DNA of 64,000 bases from Clostridiales bacterium (GTDB lineage Bacteria; Bacillota; Clostridia; Oscillospirales; Oscillospiraceae): contig SFEG01000008.1 in NCBI GenBank assembly GCA_004558025.1, positions 13,909 through 77,908 of the forward strand, given 5' to 3'. Position 1 is the stretch's first letter, and each line of letters opens with the position of its first letter. Below the pieces are notes generated by a model. That model saw only the letters and a program-made list of their open reading frames with translations, was not told the DNA's origin and did no database searches. Shown piece by piece: positions 27,191 through 36,150 of the stretch. Both the position numbers and the translations under genes were made by a program.

Positions 27191-29920
27191 ATGGCAAGAG
27201 AAAAAATCATTGCGCTCGGCAAGAAAATGACCGACCGCATACCTTACAAGCTCGGACTTGAAAAGCTTACCGAGACCGATCCCGAATACTACGGCCTTGC
27301 GTGCGTCGTCACCGACGATGAGGCGGACGTAGCGTTGGCGATGGATCTTCGCAAGCCCACGACTCCTGAGAAGATCGCGGCGAAGATGGGGAAGAGCGTT
27401 TCCTATGTTCAGGAGAAGATGGACTCCCTGTCGATGAAGGGCGTTCTGGAGTATAACTACGATACTCCCGACGGCAGCCGCCAGTACGTTCTGCCGATCT
27501 TTGTTCCTGGTGCGGCAGAGCTTATGAACATGAACCTCGAGCAGGTCGAGGCACATCCCGAGATCGCAAAGTTCTTCGAGCGCATGGCATTTCTGCCGCT
27601 GACGAAGATCACGCCCATGGTACCTCCCGGAGGCAACGGCATCGGCATGCACGTTATCCCCGTCGAGAAGGCCATCCCCGCAACAAATGAGTCGGTCAGC
27701 ATCGAACATATCTCCCACTGGCTCAAGAAGTACGAGGGTCAGCTCGGCGTCGGCTACTGCTCCTGCCGCAATGCAATGCGCCTTATGGGCGAGGGCTGCG
27801 GCGAGTTGCAGGAGGAGCTGTGCATAGCAGTCGGCACCTTCGCAAGATACTGCACAGAGACAGGCAAGGGGCGCGACATCACCTATGAAGAGGCTATGCG
27901 CATCCTTCAGCGCGCCGAGGATAACGGCTATGTCCATCAGATAACCAACATCGACGGCGAGAACAAGATCTTCGCCATCTGCAACTGTGCGCTCGGCTCC
28001 TGCTTTGCTCTGCGTACCTCTCAGCTTTTCAATACTCCCAACATGTCCGCATCCGCATACCGTGCGCACGTCGATAAGGAAAAGTGCGTGGCCTGCGGCA
28101 AGTGTGTCGAGGTCTGCCCGGCAGGCGCTGCCAAGCTCGGTCAGAAGCTCTGCACCAAGGAAGGCCCCGTTGTCTATCCCAAGCAGCCTCTGCCCGATGA
28201 TAACCACTGGGGCGAGCACATGTGGGATCCCGATTACAAGAACAATAATCAGAAAAACTGCCACGAGAGCGGCACCGCTCCCTGTAAGGCTGCATGCCCC
28301 GCGCATATTGCCGTTCAGGGCTATATCAAGATGGCCAGCCAGGGCAGATATCTTGACGCTCTAAAGCTCATAAAGCAGGATAACCCGTTCCCGGCAGTCT
28401 GCGGCAGCATCTGCAACCGCAGCTGCGAGGACGCCTGCACCCGCGGGCAGCTCGACCGCGCCGTCGCAATCGACGAAATCAAGAAGTTCATCGCCGAGAA
28501 GGAGCTGAGCGAAAAGACCCGCTACATCCCCGAAAAGCGCCGTCATAAGACTCCCGACACCGATTATGTCGAGAAGATCGCGATCATCGGCGCAGGCCCT
28601 GCCGGCATGAGCTGCGCTTATTATCTGGCAGAGATGGGCTACGCGAATGTCACCGTTTTCGACCGCAACCCGGTCCCCGGCGGCATGCTGACCCTCGGCA
28701 TCCCGTCCTTCCGCCTCGAGCGCAAGGTCATAAACGCCGAGATCGACGTTCTCAAGAAGATGGGCGTCAAGTTCAAGTGCGGCGTTGAGGTCGGCAAGGA
28801 TATCACCATCGACGAGCTGCGCAAGCAGGGCTACAAGGGCTTCTTCGTCGCCATCGGCGCGCAGAAGTCTGCAAAGCTTGGCATCGCGGGCGAGGAGCTC
28901 AAGGGCGTTTACGGCGGTGTTGACTTCCTGCGCGACGTGAACCTCGGCAACAAGGTCGAGATCGGCAAGAAGGTCGCGGTCATCGGCGGCGGCAACGTTG
29001 CAATGGACGTTGTCCGCACGGCGGTACGTCTCGGCGCCGAGGAGGCTTACATAGTCTACCGCCGCTCCGAGGAGGAGATGCCCGCAGATAAGGAAGAGGT
29101 CGCCGAGGCAATGGCAGAGGGCGTGAAGTTCTGCTACCTCAATGCTCCCGTTGAGATCACAGGCACCGCGGCCGGCAAGGTCAACGGCCTGAAGGTCGAG
29201 ATCATGGAGCTCGGCGAGCCAGATGAGAAGGGCAGGAGAAAGCCCGTCGGTACCGGCAAATTCAAGACCCTCAAGGTCAACTCTGTCATCGGCGCTATCG
29301 GTCAGACCATCGACTGGGGCGAGCTGGACGTCGGCGAGCTCAAGACCGCCGCAAAGGGCGTCGCTATGGCCGACCCCGTAACTCTCCAGACCGCGCAGAG
29401 CGACATTTTCGTCGGCGGCGATTGCTACACCGGCCCGAAGTTTGCTATCGATGCGATAGCAGCCGGCCGCGAGGGTGCAATCAGCCTGCACCGCTATGTC
29501 CACGAAGGTCAGAGCCTCACCCTGGCCCGCAACCCGCGCGATTTCTACGAGCTGGATAAGGACAATGTCGTCATCGACATTAACTGCTTCGACGCACCCG
29601 TACGTCAGGAGGTCAAGCACGATCCGCGCAAGGCGAAGACCATGAAGAACGACCGCGTTACCTTCACAGAGGAGCAGGTCAAGGCCGAGGCCAGCCGCTG
29701 CCTGGGCTGCGGCGTGACGATCGTCGATCAGAATAAGTGCATCGGCTGCGGCCTGTGCACGACAAGATGCGAATTTGACGCCATCCACCTGCACCGCGAT
29801 CACCCCGAGGCGAGCAAGATGGTCAACACCGACGACAAGATCCCGCCCCTCGGCGTGTACGCCGCAAAGCGTGCGGTCAAGATCAAGATCAAGGATCTCA
29901 AGGAAAAATTCGCAAAGTGA
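27191..29920 (+). CDS. Multidomain Fe-S flavoprotein oxidoreductase (GltD-like NAD(P)H/FAD module with ferredoxin domains)
   Basis: CVACGKCVEVCP, dinucleotide folds IAIIGAGPAGMSCA and VAVIGGGNVAMD, and C-terminal CIGCGLCTTRC. Confidence 0.8.
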   Translation: MAREKIIALGKKMTDRIPYKLGLEKLTETDPEYYGLACVVTDDEADVALAMDLRKPTTPEKIAAKMGKSVSYVQEKMDSLSMKGVLEYNYDTPDGSRQYVLPIFVPGAAELMNMNLEQVEAHPEIAKFFERMAFLPLTKITPMVPPGGNGIGMHVIPVEKAIPATNESVSIEHISHWLKKYEGQLGVGYCSCRNAMRLMGEGCGELQEELCIAVGTFARYCTETGKGRDITYEEAMRILQRAEDNGYVHQITNIDGENKIFAICNCALGSCFALRTSQLFNTPNMSASAYRAHVDKEKCVACGKCVEVCPAGAAKLGQKLCTKEGPVVYPKQPLPDDNHWGEHMWDPDYKNNNQKNCHESGTAPCKAACPAHIAVQGYIKMASQGRYLDALKLIKQDNPFPAVCGSICNRSCEDACTRGQLDRAVAIDEIKKFIAEKELSEKTRYIPEKRRHKTPDTDYVEKIAIIGAGPAGMSCAYYLAEMGYANVTVFDRNPVPGGMLTLGIPSFRLERKVINAEIDVLKKMGVKFKCGVEVGKDITIDELRKQGYKGFFVAIGAQKSAKLGIAGEELKGVYGGVDFLRDVNLGNKVEIGKKVAVIGGGNVAMDVVRTAVRLGAEEAYIVYRRSEEEMPADKEEVAEAMAEGVKFCYLNAPVEITGTAAGKVNGLKVEIMELGEPDEKGRRKPVGTGKFKTLKVNSVIGAIGQTIDWGELDVGELKTAAKGVAMADPVTLQTAQSDIFVGGDCYTGPKFAIDAIAAGREGAISLHRYVHEGQSLTLARNPRDFYELDKDNVVIDINCFDAPVRQEVKHDPRKAKTMKNDRVTFTEEQVKAEASRCLGCGVTIVDQNKCIGCGLCTTRCEFDAIHLHRDHPEASKMVNTDDKIPPLGVYAAKRAVKIKIKDLKEKFAK

Positions 29921-29940
29921 CCACATCGGAGGAATGACCC

Positions 29941-30285
29941 ATGCATGAGCTCGGAACGGTATTTTACGTCATAAAGGAAGTCGAGAAGCTCTGCGACGAG
30001 AATAAGCTCACCAAGGTCGGAAGCGTCACGCTTCAGATCGGCGAGGTCAGCGGTATAATCCCGGAATACATCGTCGACTGCTGGAACTGGGCAGTCAAGG
30101 AGTCCAAGTATATGAAAGAGGCCGAGCTCAAGATCGAAACGCTTGAGGCGGTGACCTTCTGCGAGGACTGCAAGCAGACTTACCCAACGGTAAAATACGC
30201 AAAGGTGTGTCCGTATTGCCAAAGCGAGAATACATACCTCGTAACCGGCAATGAATACATCATAAAAGAGATCGAAGCAATGTAG
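29941..30285 (+). CDS. hypA: Nickel metallochaperone HypA/HybF family
   Basis: N-terminal MHE nickel site and the CEDC...CPYC zinc site, 114 aa. Confidence 0.85.
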   Translation: MHELGTVFYVIKEVEKLCDENKLTKVGSVTLQIGEVSGIIPEYIVDCWNWAVKESKYMKEAELKIETLEAVTFCEDCKQTYPTVKYAKVCPYCQSENTYLVTGNEYIIKEIEAM

Positions 30286-30324
30286 TTAAACCCAAAAGCT
30301 CCCGCCCTCGGACGGGAGCTTTCA

Positions 30325-30377
30325 GCGTGTCAAAAAACCATGCTTTCAAGTAGCGAAAGCATGGGTTTTTGACACGC
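30325..30377. repeat. Palindromic unit of the GCGTGTCAAAAA family
   Basis: gcgtgtcaaaaaa-ccatgctttc-aagtagc-gaaagcatgg-gtttttgacacgc. It has the same outer arms as the units inside 17462-17760. Confidence 0.6.
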
Positions 30378-30427
30378 AGAAAACCGCACCGCAGAAAACC
30401 GCACCGCAGAAAACTGCGGTGCGGTTT
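30376..30427 (-). terminator. Terminator of the YhgE/Pip operon, with a 15-nt tandem duplication
   Basis: gcagaaaaccgcacc occurs twice, then the hairpin accgcaccgcag-aaaa-ctgcggtgcggt. A T-run follows on the minus strand. Confidence 0.7.
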
Positions 30428-30443
30428 ATTATCAAATTCTGTA

Positions 30444-32483
30444 TCAGCCTCCGTGCATGAGACCGGCGGTTTTTGCCTTGCTCTCGTTCGAGCGCCTGAG
30501 GTAGGGCTTGCACACGATGTGCAAGAATATTCCGAGAGGAACGGCGATGGCGGCCATCAGCAGCAGAACGAGGATGCATTTGAAGTAGGTGCCGTTGTAG
30601 TTGCCGGCGATCGTCTCGCGCATTGCGTTCATCGAATACTTGAACGGCATCACGCCGTAAAGCACCTGGAAGAACTTCGGCAGCATCTCGACGGGATAAG
30701 TGCCGCCCGAGCCTGCGACCTGCAGCACCAGCACGATGATAGAAAGTGCCTCGCCCGTGCTGCCGAGCGCAAACACGAAGCTGTAGTTTACAAGCGTTGC
30801 GACAAGGCTCGAAAGCGCTGCGGCAAGCCAGAACAGGAACGGGTTATAGCACTGTATGCCTATGTAGTAGAGGTTGCCGAGCACCGTTATGAGCGCTGTG
30901 AGCTGGCCGATCGCGAAGAATATGAAGTAGCGGCCGAAGTAGGACTCGGTTATGCTCAGCGTGGGGAACTCATTGCGATTCTTGATGTGCGGGTGCATGA
31001 GGCTGACGCTCAGCAGGGCGCTTGCCCAGATCGCCAGCACAGTGTAGAACGGAGCCATACCCGAGCCAAAGTGGTCAAGGGCGTACACGCGGACAACCTC
31101 GAGGTTAGCTGGGGAGGAGAGGTAGTCGACGAGGCTGGCAACGTCGTTCTGCATCAGGTCGAGGATGTTGGAGACGCTCTCGGACGAGCGCAGCTCGTTT
31201 ACGTTAGACTGCACGTTCGTAACAAGCTCGAGCATCGTGTTCATGACCTCGCGCGTGCTGTTTATGCTCTGCGTGCAGGAGCTGAGCGCGGAGGTGAACT
31301 GCTGAAGCGTGAGTGCCTGGCTGTCCACGTCGCCCTGGATCTGCGCAATGAGCGAGTCGAGGTTATCCAACGAGTTTTGCAGTGTCGTCATGGAGTTTAT
31401 GAGGTTGCTGTCGATGTTCGTCTGCTGGAGAATATCATCGAAGCGGATAACGCTTTCGTGAAGCTGCTTGTTGACGTCGTAGTACAGATCGTCGAGGATC
31501 TCGCCCTCGTAGTCTGTTATGCCGCCCTCGCCGTACAGCGCATCCCAGTCTATAACAGAGCTTCCCGCACCGGCAGGATCGCCGCCGGTCGCCTCGTCGA
31601 GGCGCTCCATGGTGTGGCGCAGCTGCTCGGAGCTGTTTCTTATTGCGTCGGCGGAATAGATGACATCCTCCTTGCTGGTCGCGAGGCGATCCTGCATGTT
31701 GGAGATGCTCTTGCGGCTGTTGTTGAGCATGTTTACAACATCCGGGAGCAGATTACTGGTCATGGTGGTGACGTTCAGCGCAGACTGCGTGACCGAGGAC
31801 ATTGACTCCATTATGGAGACATAGGTGCGCAGGTCGGTCTTTATGTTTTCGAGCTGCTCGTCGAGGCTGTCCAGCGACAGGGTGGCATCTCCGCCCATAC
31901 CGGAGAACAGGGAGGTGAAGTTTGAAAGCTCATCGACGATGGAGGCGAGGAATATGCTGTTTACCTCGTTCTTGACGATGCTTTGGGCACGGTCGGTAAC
32001 ACGGGAGGCGACCGCGTTCATCTTCTGGTTGTCGTAGTATATTATCTCGGGCGTTTCAAACTCGCCGTCTGTAAAGCCGAGCATTGCCGAGCTGAAGTCT
32101 GCCGGAATAACAAGACCGGCGTAGTAGTCGCCGCTGTACAGTCCGTCCAAGACGGCCTGCTCGGAGTCGACGAACTGCCAGTCTATCTGATTGTTGCTCT
32201 TGAGCTTTTCAATAATGATGTTGCCTATGTTTAGATCAAGCCCCAAAAACGTTGTTCCCTCGTCCTCGCTCGAAACGGCGATGGTGAGGTTCTGCGTAGA
32301 ATCGGGCGTGTAGGGGTCCCAGTTGGACATGATGTTGAACCATGCGTACAGGCAGGGGATCAAAGCCAGGCCGAAGACGCAGACGATCGCAACGACGCTC
32401 TTGCTCAGACGCTTTATGTCAGAACGGATGACGGCTCGAACATTTGAAGTTTTATCTTTTAGTTTGTTCATTGAATTGCTCAT
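30444..32483 (-). CDS. YhgE/Pip domain membrane protein
   Basis: N-terminal LIPCLYAWFNIMSNWDPY motif, a long coiled-coil-like ectodomain and a C-terminal ABC-2-like TM bundle. Confidence 0.85.
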   Translation of the reverse strand: MSNSMNKLKDKTSNVRAVIRSDIKRLSKSVVAIVCVFGLALIPCLYAWFNIMSNWDPYTPDSTQNLTIAVSSEDEGTTFLGLDLNIGNIIIEKLKSNNQIDWQFVDSEQAVLDGLYSGDYYAGLVIPADFSSAMLGFTDGEFETPEIIYYDNQKMNAVASRVTDRAQSIVKNEVNSIFLASIVDELSNFTSLFSGMGGDATLSLDSLDEQLENIKTDLRTYVSIMESMSSVTQSALNVTTMTSNLLPDVVNMLNNSRKSISNMQDRLATSKEDVIYSADAIRNSSEQLRHTMERLDEATGGDPAGAGSSVIDWDALYGEGGITDYEGEILDDLYYDVNKQLHESVIRFDDILQQTNIDSNLINSMTTLQNSLDNLDSLIAQIQGDVDSQALTLQQFTSALSSCTQSINSTREVMNTMLELVTNVQSNVNELRSSESVSNILDLMQNDVASLVDYLSSPANLEVVRVYALDHFGSGMAPFYTVLAIWASALLSVSLMHPHIKNRNEFPTLSITESYFGRYFIFFAIGQLTALITVLGNLYYIGIQCYNPFLFWLAAALSSLVATLVNYSFVFALGSTGEALSIIVLVLQVAGSGGTYPVEMLPKFFQVLYGVMPFKYSMNAMRETIAGNYNGTYFKCILVLLLMAAIAVPLGIFLHIVCKPYLRRSNESKAKTAGLMHGG

Positions 32484-32500
32484 CTTTCGTAGAGTGTTGT

Positions 32501-32938
32501 TTATTCGTCCTTGCCGGAGGATTCTTCGTAGTTGTCGTACTTGAAGCTCGCGGCTGTGCCTGCGTCATTTTCCGGTGCGCGGCTGCGGATAGATTCGCGT
32601 ATCGCCTCGGCGCGCTTGTCGGCAGAACTCTCGGCGTTTTCCGCTATAGAGGGCGGCTCGTCTTCGATGCCTGTCTCAACTCCGGTTATCATTTTTCTGA
32701 GCGTATTGTCCTGATACTCAATGACGATGAGCACCGCGGCGATAATGAACATCGAGACTATCCACAAAACGAGGAATATCGTTTTCGAGCTGTTGGTGAA
32801 AAACAGCATCACAAGGAAGATAGTCGGCACTATCAGCAGGCTTCGCAGTGCCATTCTCGTGCGCCTGACATTGTGCTCGTGCATCTGCCTGAGACATTCC
32901 ATCAGGTGCTTATACTTTTTTTCGTACTGAGTATCCAT
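32501..32938 (-). CDS. Small two-TM membrane protein, unknown function
   Basis: 145-aa ORF between the two YhgE/Pip genes, with two hydrophobic helices and an acidic tail. Confidence 0.6.
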   Translation of the reverse strand: MDTQYEKKYKHLMECLRQMHEHNVRRTRMALRSLLIVPTIFLVMLFFTNSSKTIFLVLWIVSMFIIAAVLIVIEYQDNTLRKMITGVETGIEDEPPSIAENAESSADKRAEAIRESIRSRAPENDAGTAASFKYDNYEESSGKDE

Positions 32939-32958
32939 AATGATTGCTCCTGTAGTTT

Positions 32959-35520
32959 TTACATCATTTCCGTCTTATCAAGCTGCTCGTTCATGTACTT
33001 GTTGATGCCGCCGAGCGAACGCTTTGCGAATATACCTATCAGCAGACCGACGACGAAGAACAGCATAAGCTGCAGCAGATATATCAGGTACTGATTCTGA
33101 TACAGTCCCGCAATGGCCTCACGCATGGCGTTTATCGCGTAGGGGAAAGGGAAGAACAGGTATACCTGCTGGAAGAAGTTCGGCAGCAGCTCGATGGGGT
33201 AAGAGCCGCCGGAGCCGGCGATCTGAATGATAAGTATTACGACGATGAGCGCTCTGCCTATGTTGCCGAAGGCAACGGCGAAGGCGTATGCCAGCATAGA
33301 GCAGGCCGTCGAGGTAACAAAGCCGGACAGCAGAAGCAGACCGGGATGCACGCAGTCAACGCCGAGTATCAGAAGATTGCCGAGCATTGTTATAAGCGTC
33401 TGTACCTGACTGAGCACGAAGAACAGCAGGTATCTGCCGAAGAAGCGCTGCTTTTCAGTCGCCTCGGGCACGGGGATGGGCGCATCGCACTTGAGTATGG
33501 CGTTGAGAATAACGCAGCCGACCCAAATGGCGAGCATGGTGTAGAACGGCGTCATTGCCGCACCGTAGGATTCAACGGGGTAGACCGACTTCGAAACTAT
33601 CGAAACGGGACTCGATAGGAACGAGCCGATGCTTTCGGGGTCAACGTTTAAGAAGTCAAAAACGTTCTGCAGCGTACCGTTTTCGGGATTTCCGTCAAGC
33701 ATTTCAATAAAGTCGTCGATCCTGCCACTGTAGGAGGTGAGCAGATCCTTGACCTGGATAAGCGCATTGTTGACGGCGCCGAAGGTGTTGCCGAGCTCTT
33801 TTACGATGGGCGTCGTCTTGCCGAGTATGCCGTTGAGATCAAGCAGCAGGCCTGATACCTCGCCGAGGCTGTCCTGAAGGTTGTTGAGCATAGTGTCGAG
33901 CATGGGATAGACCGTCTCCGTGAGCGTCTCCCTTGCTGTGCCGAGCATGTCGCTGACGAGCTGAAGATCGCGGATGAGGTCAATGTCGCGATTGCCGCTG
34001 AGGATATCGTCGAGAATATCCTGTGCGCTCTTTGCGTCGCTCTCGGCGCTGTTTATGGAGCCGGAGACACCGGAGGTGTCGCTTCCGCTTGCGGTGCCGA
34101 CGGCCTCCGCCGTCGCGCCGAGCGCACTGATCTCCTGAGACACGACGTTAGTGTCGCTCTGTGCGGCCTGCAGAGCTTCCTTCCTGACCTCGGGATCGGA
34201 GGTGCTCTGAGCCTTGGAGAGGTTTGCCTGAATGCTATCTATGCGGTCAGTGGTATCGTCCTTCATGAAGCCGACGAGCGACTCCATCGACTGCTGCGTC
34301 TGCGACGCGTCGTTTAAGTCCTCGTAATCATAGCCGGTGACGGCCTTGTAGACCACGGGAACGGCCACAGATTCGTAATCTGTTTTTACAGCTTCAATAG
34401 CGGCCTTGTTGTGCGCGGCGAGGACGCGGATTTGCTGAGCGTCCGACTGCGTGCCGTTGAGACCGAGCTTGTCGCGAAGCTGTGTGATCTTATCGGTGAG
34501 CTTGTTGAGCGCAGTGAGCGCATCCTCGACCTCGGTGTTTGTAAGACCCGAGTGGGTGAGGTAGTCTATAAGCTCCTTGTACTGCTTTTCAAGCTCCGCC
34601 AGCGCTTTTTTTGCGGCCTCTGCATCGGTAGTTCCGCCGTTATAGAGCCTGTCGAGCTTGTATATGGCTTCGTTTACGGAGTCCTGCAGCTCAAGGAGCA
34701 TGTTGTTAACTTCTTCGTTTATCAGCGCAAGATCCTTTTTCGTGTCCTCGATATACACGATCTGCTTGGAGATATTCACTCTCTCGTTGCCAATGAGATA
34801 TATCGAGTAATTGAGCGTATTGTTAGTGCGCTGGAGGGTATCTATAAGAGTATTGTTTGCGGTGATGAACTGGTCTATAGTTCCGCTGTAGCTGATGAGG
34901 TTGTCGTTTATCTTCTTGAGCGTATTCTTGAGCATCTCGGCAGAGGAATTGCCCTGAACGTCGGATGAGAAGGAGTTGAGCTTGTCAAACAGCGTCTCGA
35001 CAACGGTGGAAATGTACTTTTCATTGACGATCTTCTTTACCTTATCGCCCGCTGCCTCAACGACCTTGACGGCAACGGCGTTTTTCTTTTCGTTCTGATA
35101 GAACTTTATCGTCGGATTGTACATATCCGTGCTCAGGAAATTGTACATATTATATGTAAAGTCGGGCTCAATGATAATTGCCGCGTAGTATTTTCCCGCG
35201 TAGAGATCCTTAACGGCCTTGTCGGCATCGTCGAGAAAAACAAAGCCGAAGTTTTCGTCGTCCTTTATCTCATCGATAAGAGCCTCGCCCATATTGACAA
35301 TATTGCCTTCGGAATCCATATAGTCCTTATCATTGGAAACGACTGCAATGGAAACATCCTTGGTCTTGCCGTACGGATCCCAAAACGCATAGATATTAAA
35401 CCATGCATAGAGGGCGGGCAGCACAAGTATCGCCAGTATGATAAGGAAGGCGAAGAAGTTCCTGTACAGGTTCCGCAGATCGTATTTAAAAATCCTGAAA
35501 ACATTACGCATATCGGGCAA
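32959..35520 (-). CDS. YhgE/Pip domain membrane protein
   Basis: VLPALYAWFNIYAFWDPY N-terminal motif, a long helical ectodomain and a C-terminal TM bundle. Paralogue of 30444-32483. Confidence 0.85.
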   Translation of the reverse strand: MPDMRNVFRIFKYDLRNLYRNFFAFLIILAILVLPALYAWFNIYAFWDPYGKTKDVSIAVVSNDKDYMDSEGNIVNMGEALIDEIKDDENFGFVFLDDADKAVKDLYAGKYYAAIIIEPDFTYNMYNFLSTDMYNPTIKFYQNEKKNAVAVKVVEAAGDKVKKIVNEKYISTVVETLFDKLNSFSSDVQGNSSAEMLKNTLKKINDNLISYSGTIDQFITANNTLIDTLQRTNNTLNYSIYLIGNERVNISKQIVYIEDTKKDLALINEEVNNMLLELQDSVNEAIYKLDRLYNGGTTDAEAAKKALAELEKQYKELIDYLTHSGLTNTEVEDALTALNKLTDKITQLRDKLGLNGTQSDAQQIRVLAAHNKAAIEAVKTDYESVAVPVVYKAVTGYDYEDLNDASQTQQSMESLVGFMKDDTTDRIDSIQANLSKAQSTSDPEVRKEALQAAQSDTNVVSQEISALGATAEAVGTASGSDTSGVSGSINSAESDAKSAQDILDDILSGNRDIDLIRDLQLVSDMLGTARETLTETVYPMLDTMLNNLQDSLGEVSGLLLDLNGILGKTTPIVKELGNTFGAVNNALIQVKDLLTSYSGRIDDFIEMLDGNPENGTLQNVFDFLNVDPESIGSFLSSPVSIVSKSVYPVESYGAAMTPFYTMLAIWVGCVILNAILKCDAPIPVPEATEKQRFFGRYLLFFVLSQVQTLITMLGNLLILGVDCVHPGLLLLSGFVTSTACSMLAYAFAVAFGNIGRALIVVILIIQIAGSGGSYPIELLPNFFQQVYLFFPFPYAINAMREAIAGLYQNQYLIYLLQLMLFFVVGLLIGIFAKRSLGGINKYMNEQLDKTEMM

Positions 35521-35618
35521 TACTCCTGTCAGACTTAAGAGTAGTATAATCTAAAGTATGTATCCGAATCGGCAGCAATATGTCGATTACAAAACGGTAA
35601 CGATTTAGATACAATGGT

Positions 35619-35647
35619 ATTGTACAAGTAATTAAAATAATTGTCAA
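35619..35647 (-). promoter_or_regulatory. Sigma-A type promoter of the YhgE/Pip operon
   Basis: On the minus strand: TTGACA, 17 nt, TACAAT. Confidence 0.5.
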
Positions 35648-35744
35648 GTAGACATAACCACATAAACAGATAAAATTTTTGCACGCTTGTGGTCAGTGGA
35701 AATCAGGACACTACATCTTGTGTGTATAGATTATTTAGCACAAA

Positions 35745-35784
35745 AAATAGAAAAACGATGCCCGAAAAACAGGCATCGTTTTCT
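35745..35784 (-). terminator. Terminator after the SASP gene
   Basis: aacgatgcc/ggcatcgtt stem with a T-run on the minus strand. Confidence 0.8.
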
Positions 35785-35801
35785 TTCTCTCTTAACAAAG
35801 A

Positions 35802-36002
35802 TTACTTCAGGCCGTTCTCGTATGCCTGGATCATCTTCTTGACCATCTGGCCGCCGACGGAGCCGGCCTGACGAGCGGTGATATCGCCGTTATAACCGTT
35901 CTTAAGGTTTACGCCGACCTCGTTGGCAGCTTCCATCTTAAACTTCTCCATTGCCTCGCGTGCAGCGGGAACAACAAGATGATTGCTGGAATTGTTAGAC
36001 AT
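35802..36002 (-). CDS. Alpha/beta-type small acid-soluble spore protein
   Basis: EKFKMEAANEVGV and ARQAGSVGGQMVKKMI match the two conserved SASP blocks. Confidence 0.92.
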   Translation of the reverse strand: MSNNSSNHLVVPAAREAMEKFKMEAANEVGVNLKNGYNGDITARQAGSVGGQMVKKMIQAYENGLK

Positions 36003-36150
36003 AGTTTTTACATCTCCTTTTCTGTATTGGGTACGGTTTCTTGACCCGATACTATCATTACCGCGAATGAATTTTATATTCTTGCGGGGAGCATGTAATT
36101 AATGCTAATGATTCAGTTTTAATTTAAATTATAATAATGTATTGTGTTTC

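Noticed and set aside
36003-36150. Forespore (sigma-G/F type) promoter upstream of the SASP gene
   Set aside because: It is expected biologically, but I could not align a convincing -35/-10 pair with correct spacing, so it is not reported as a feature.
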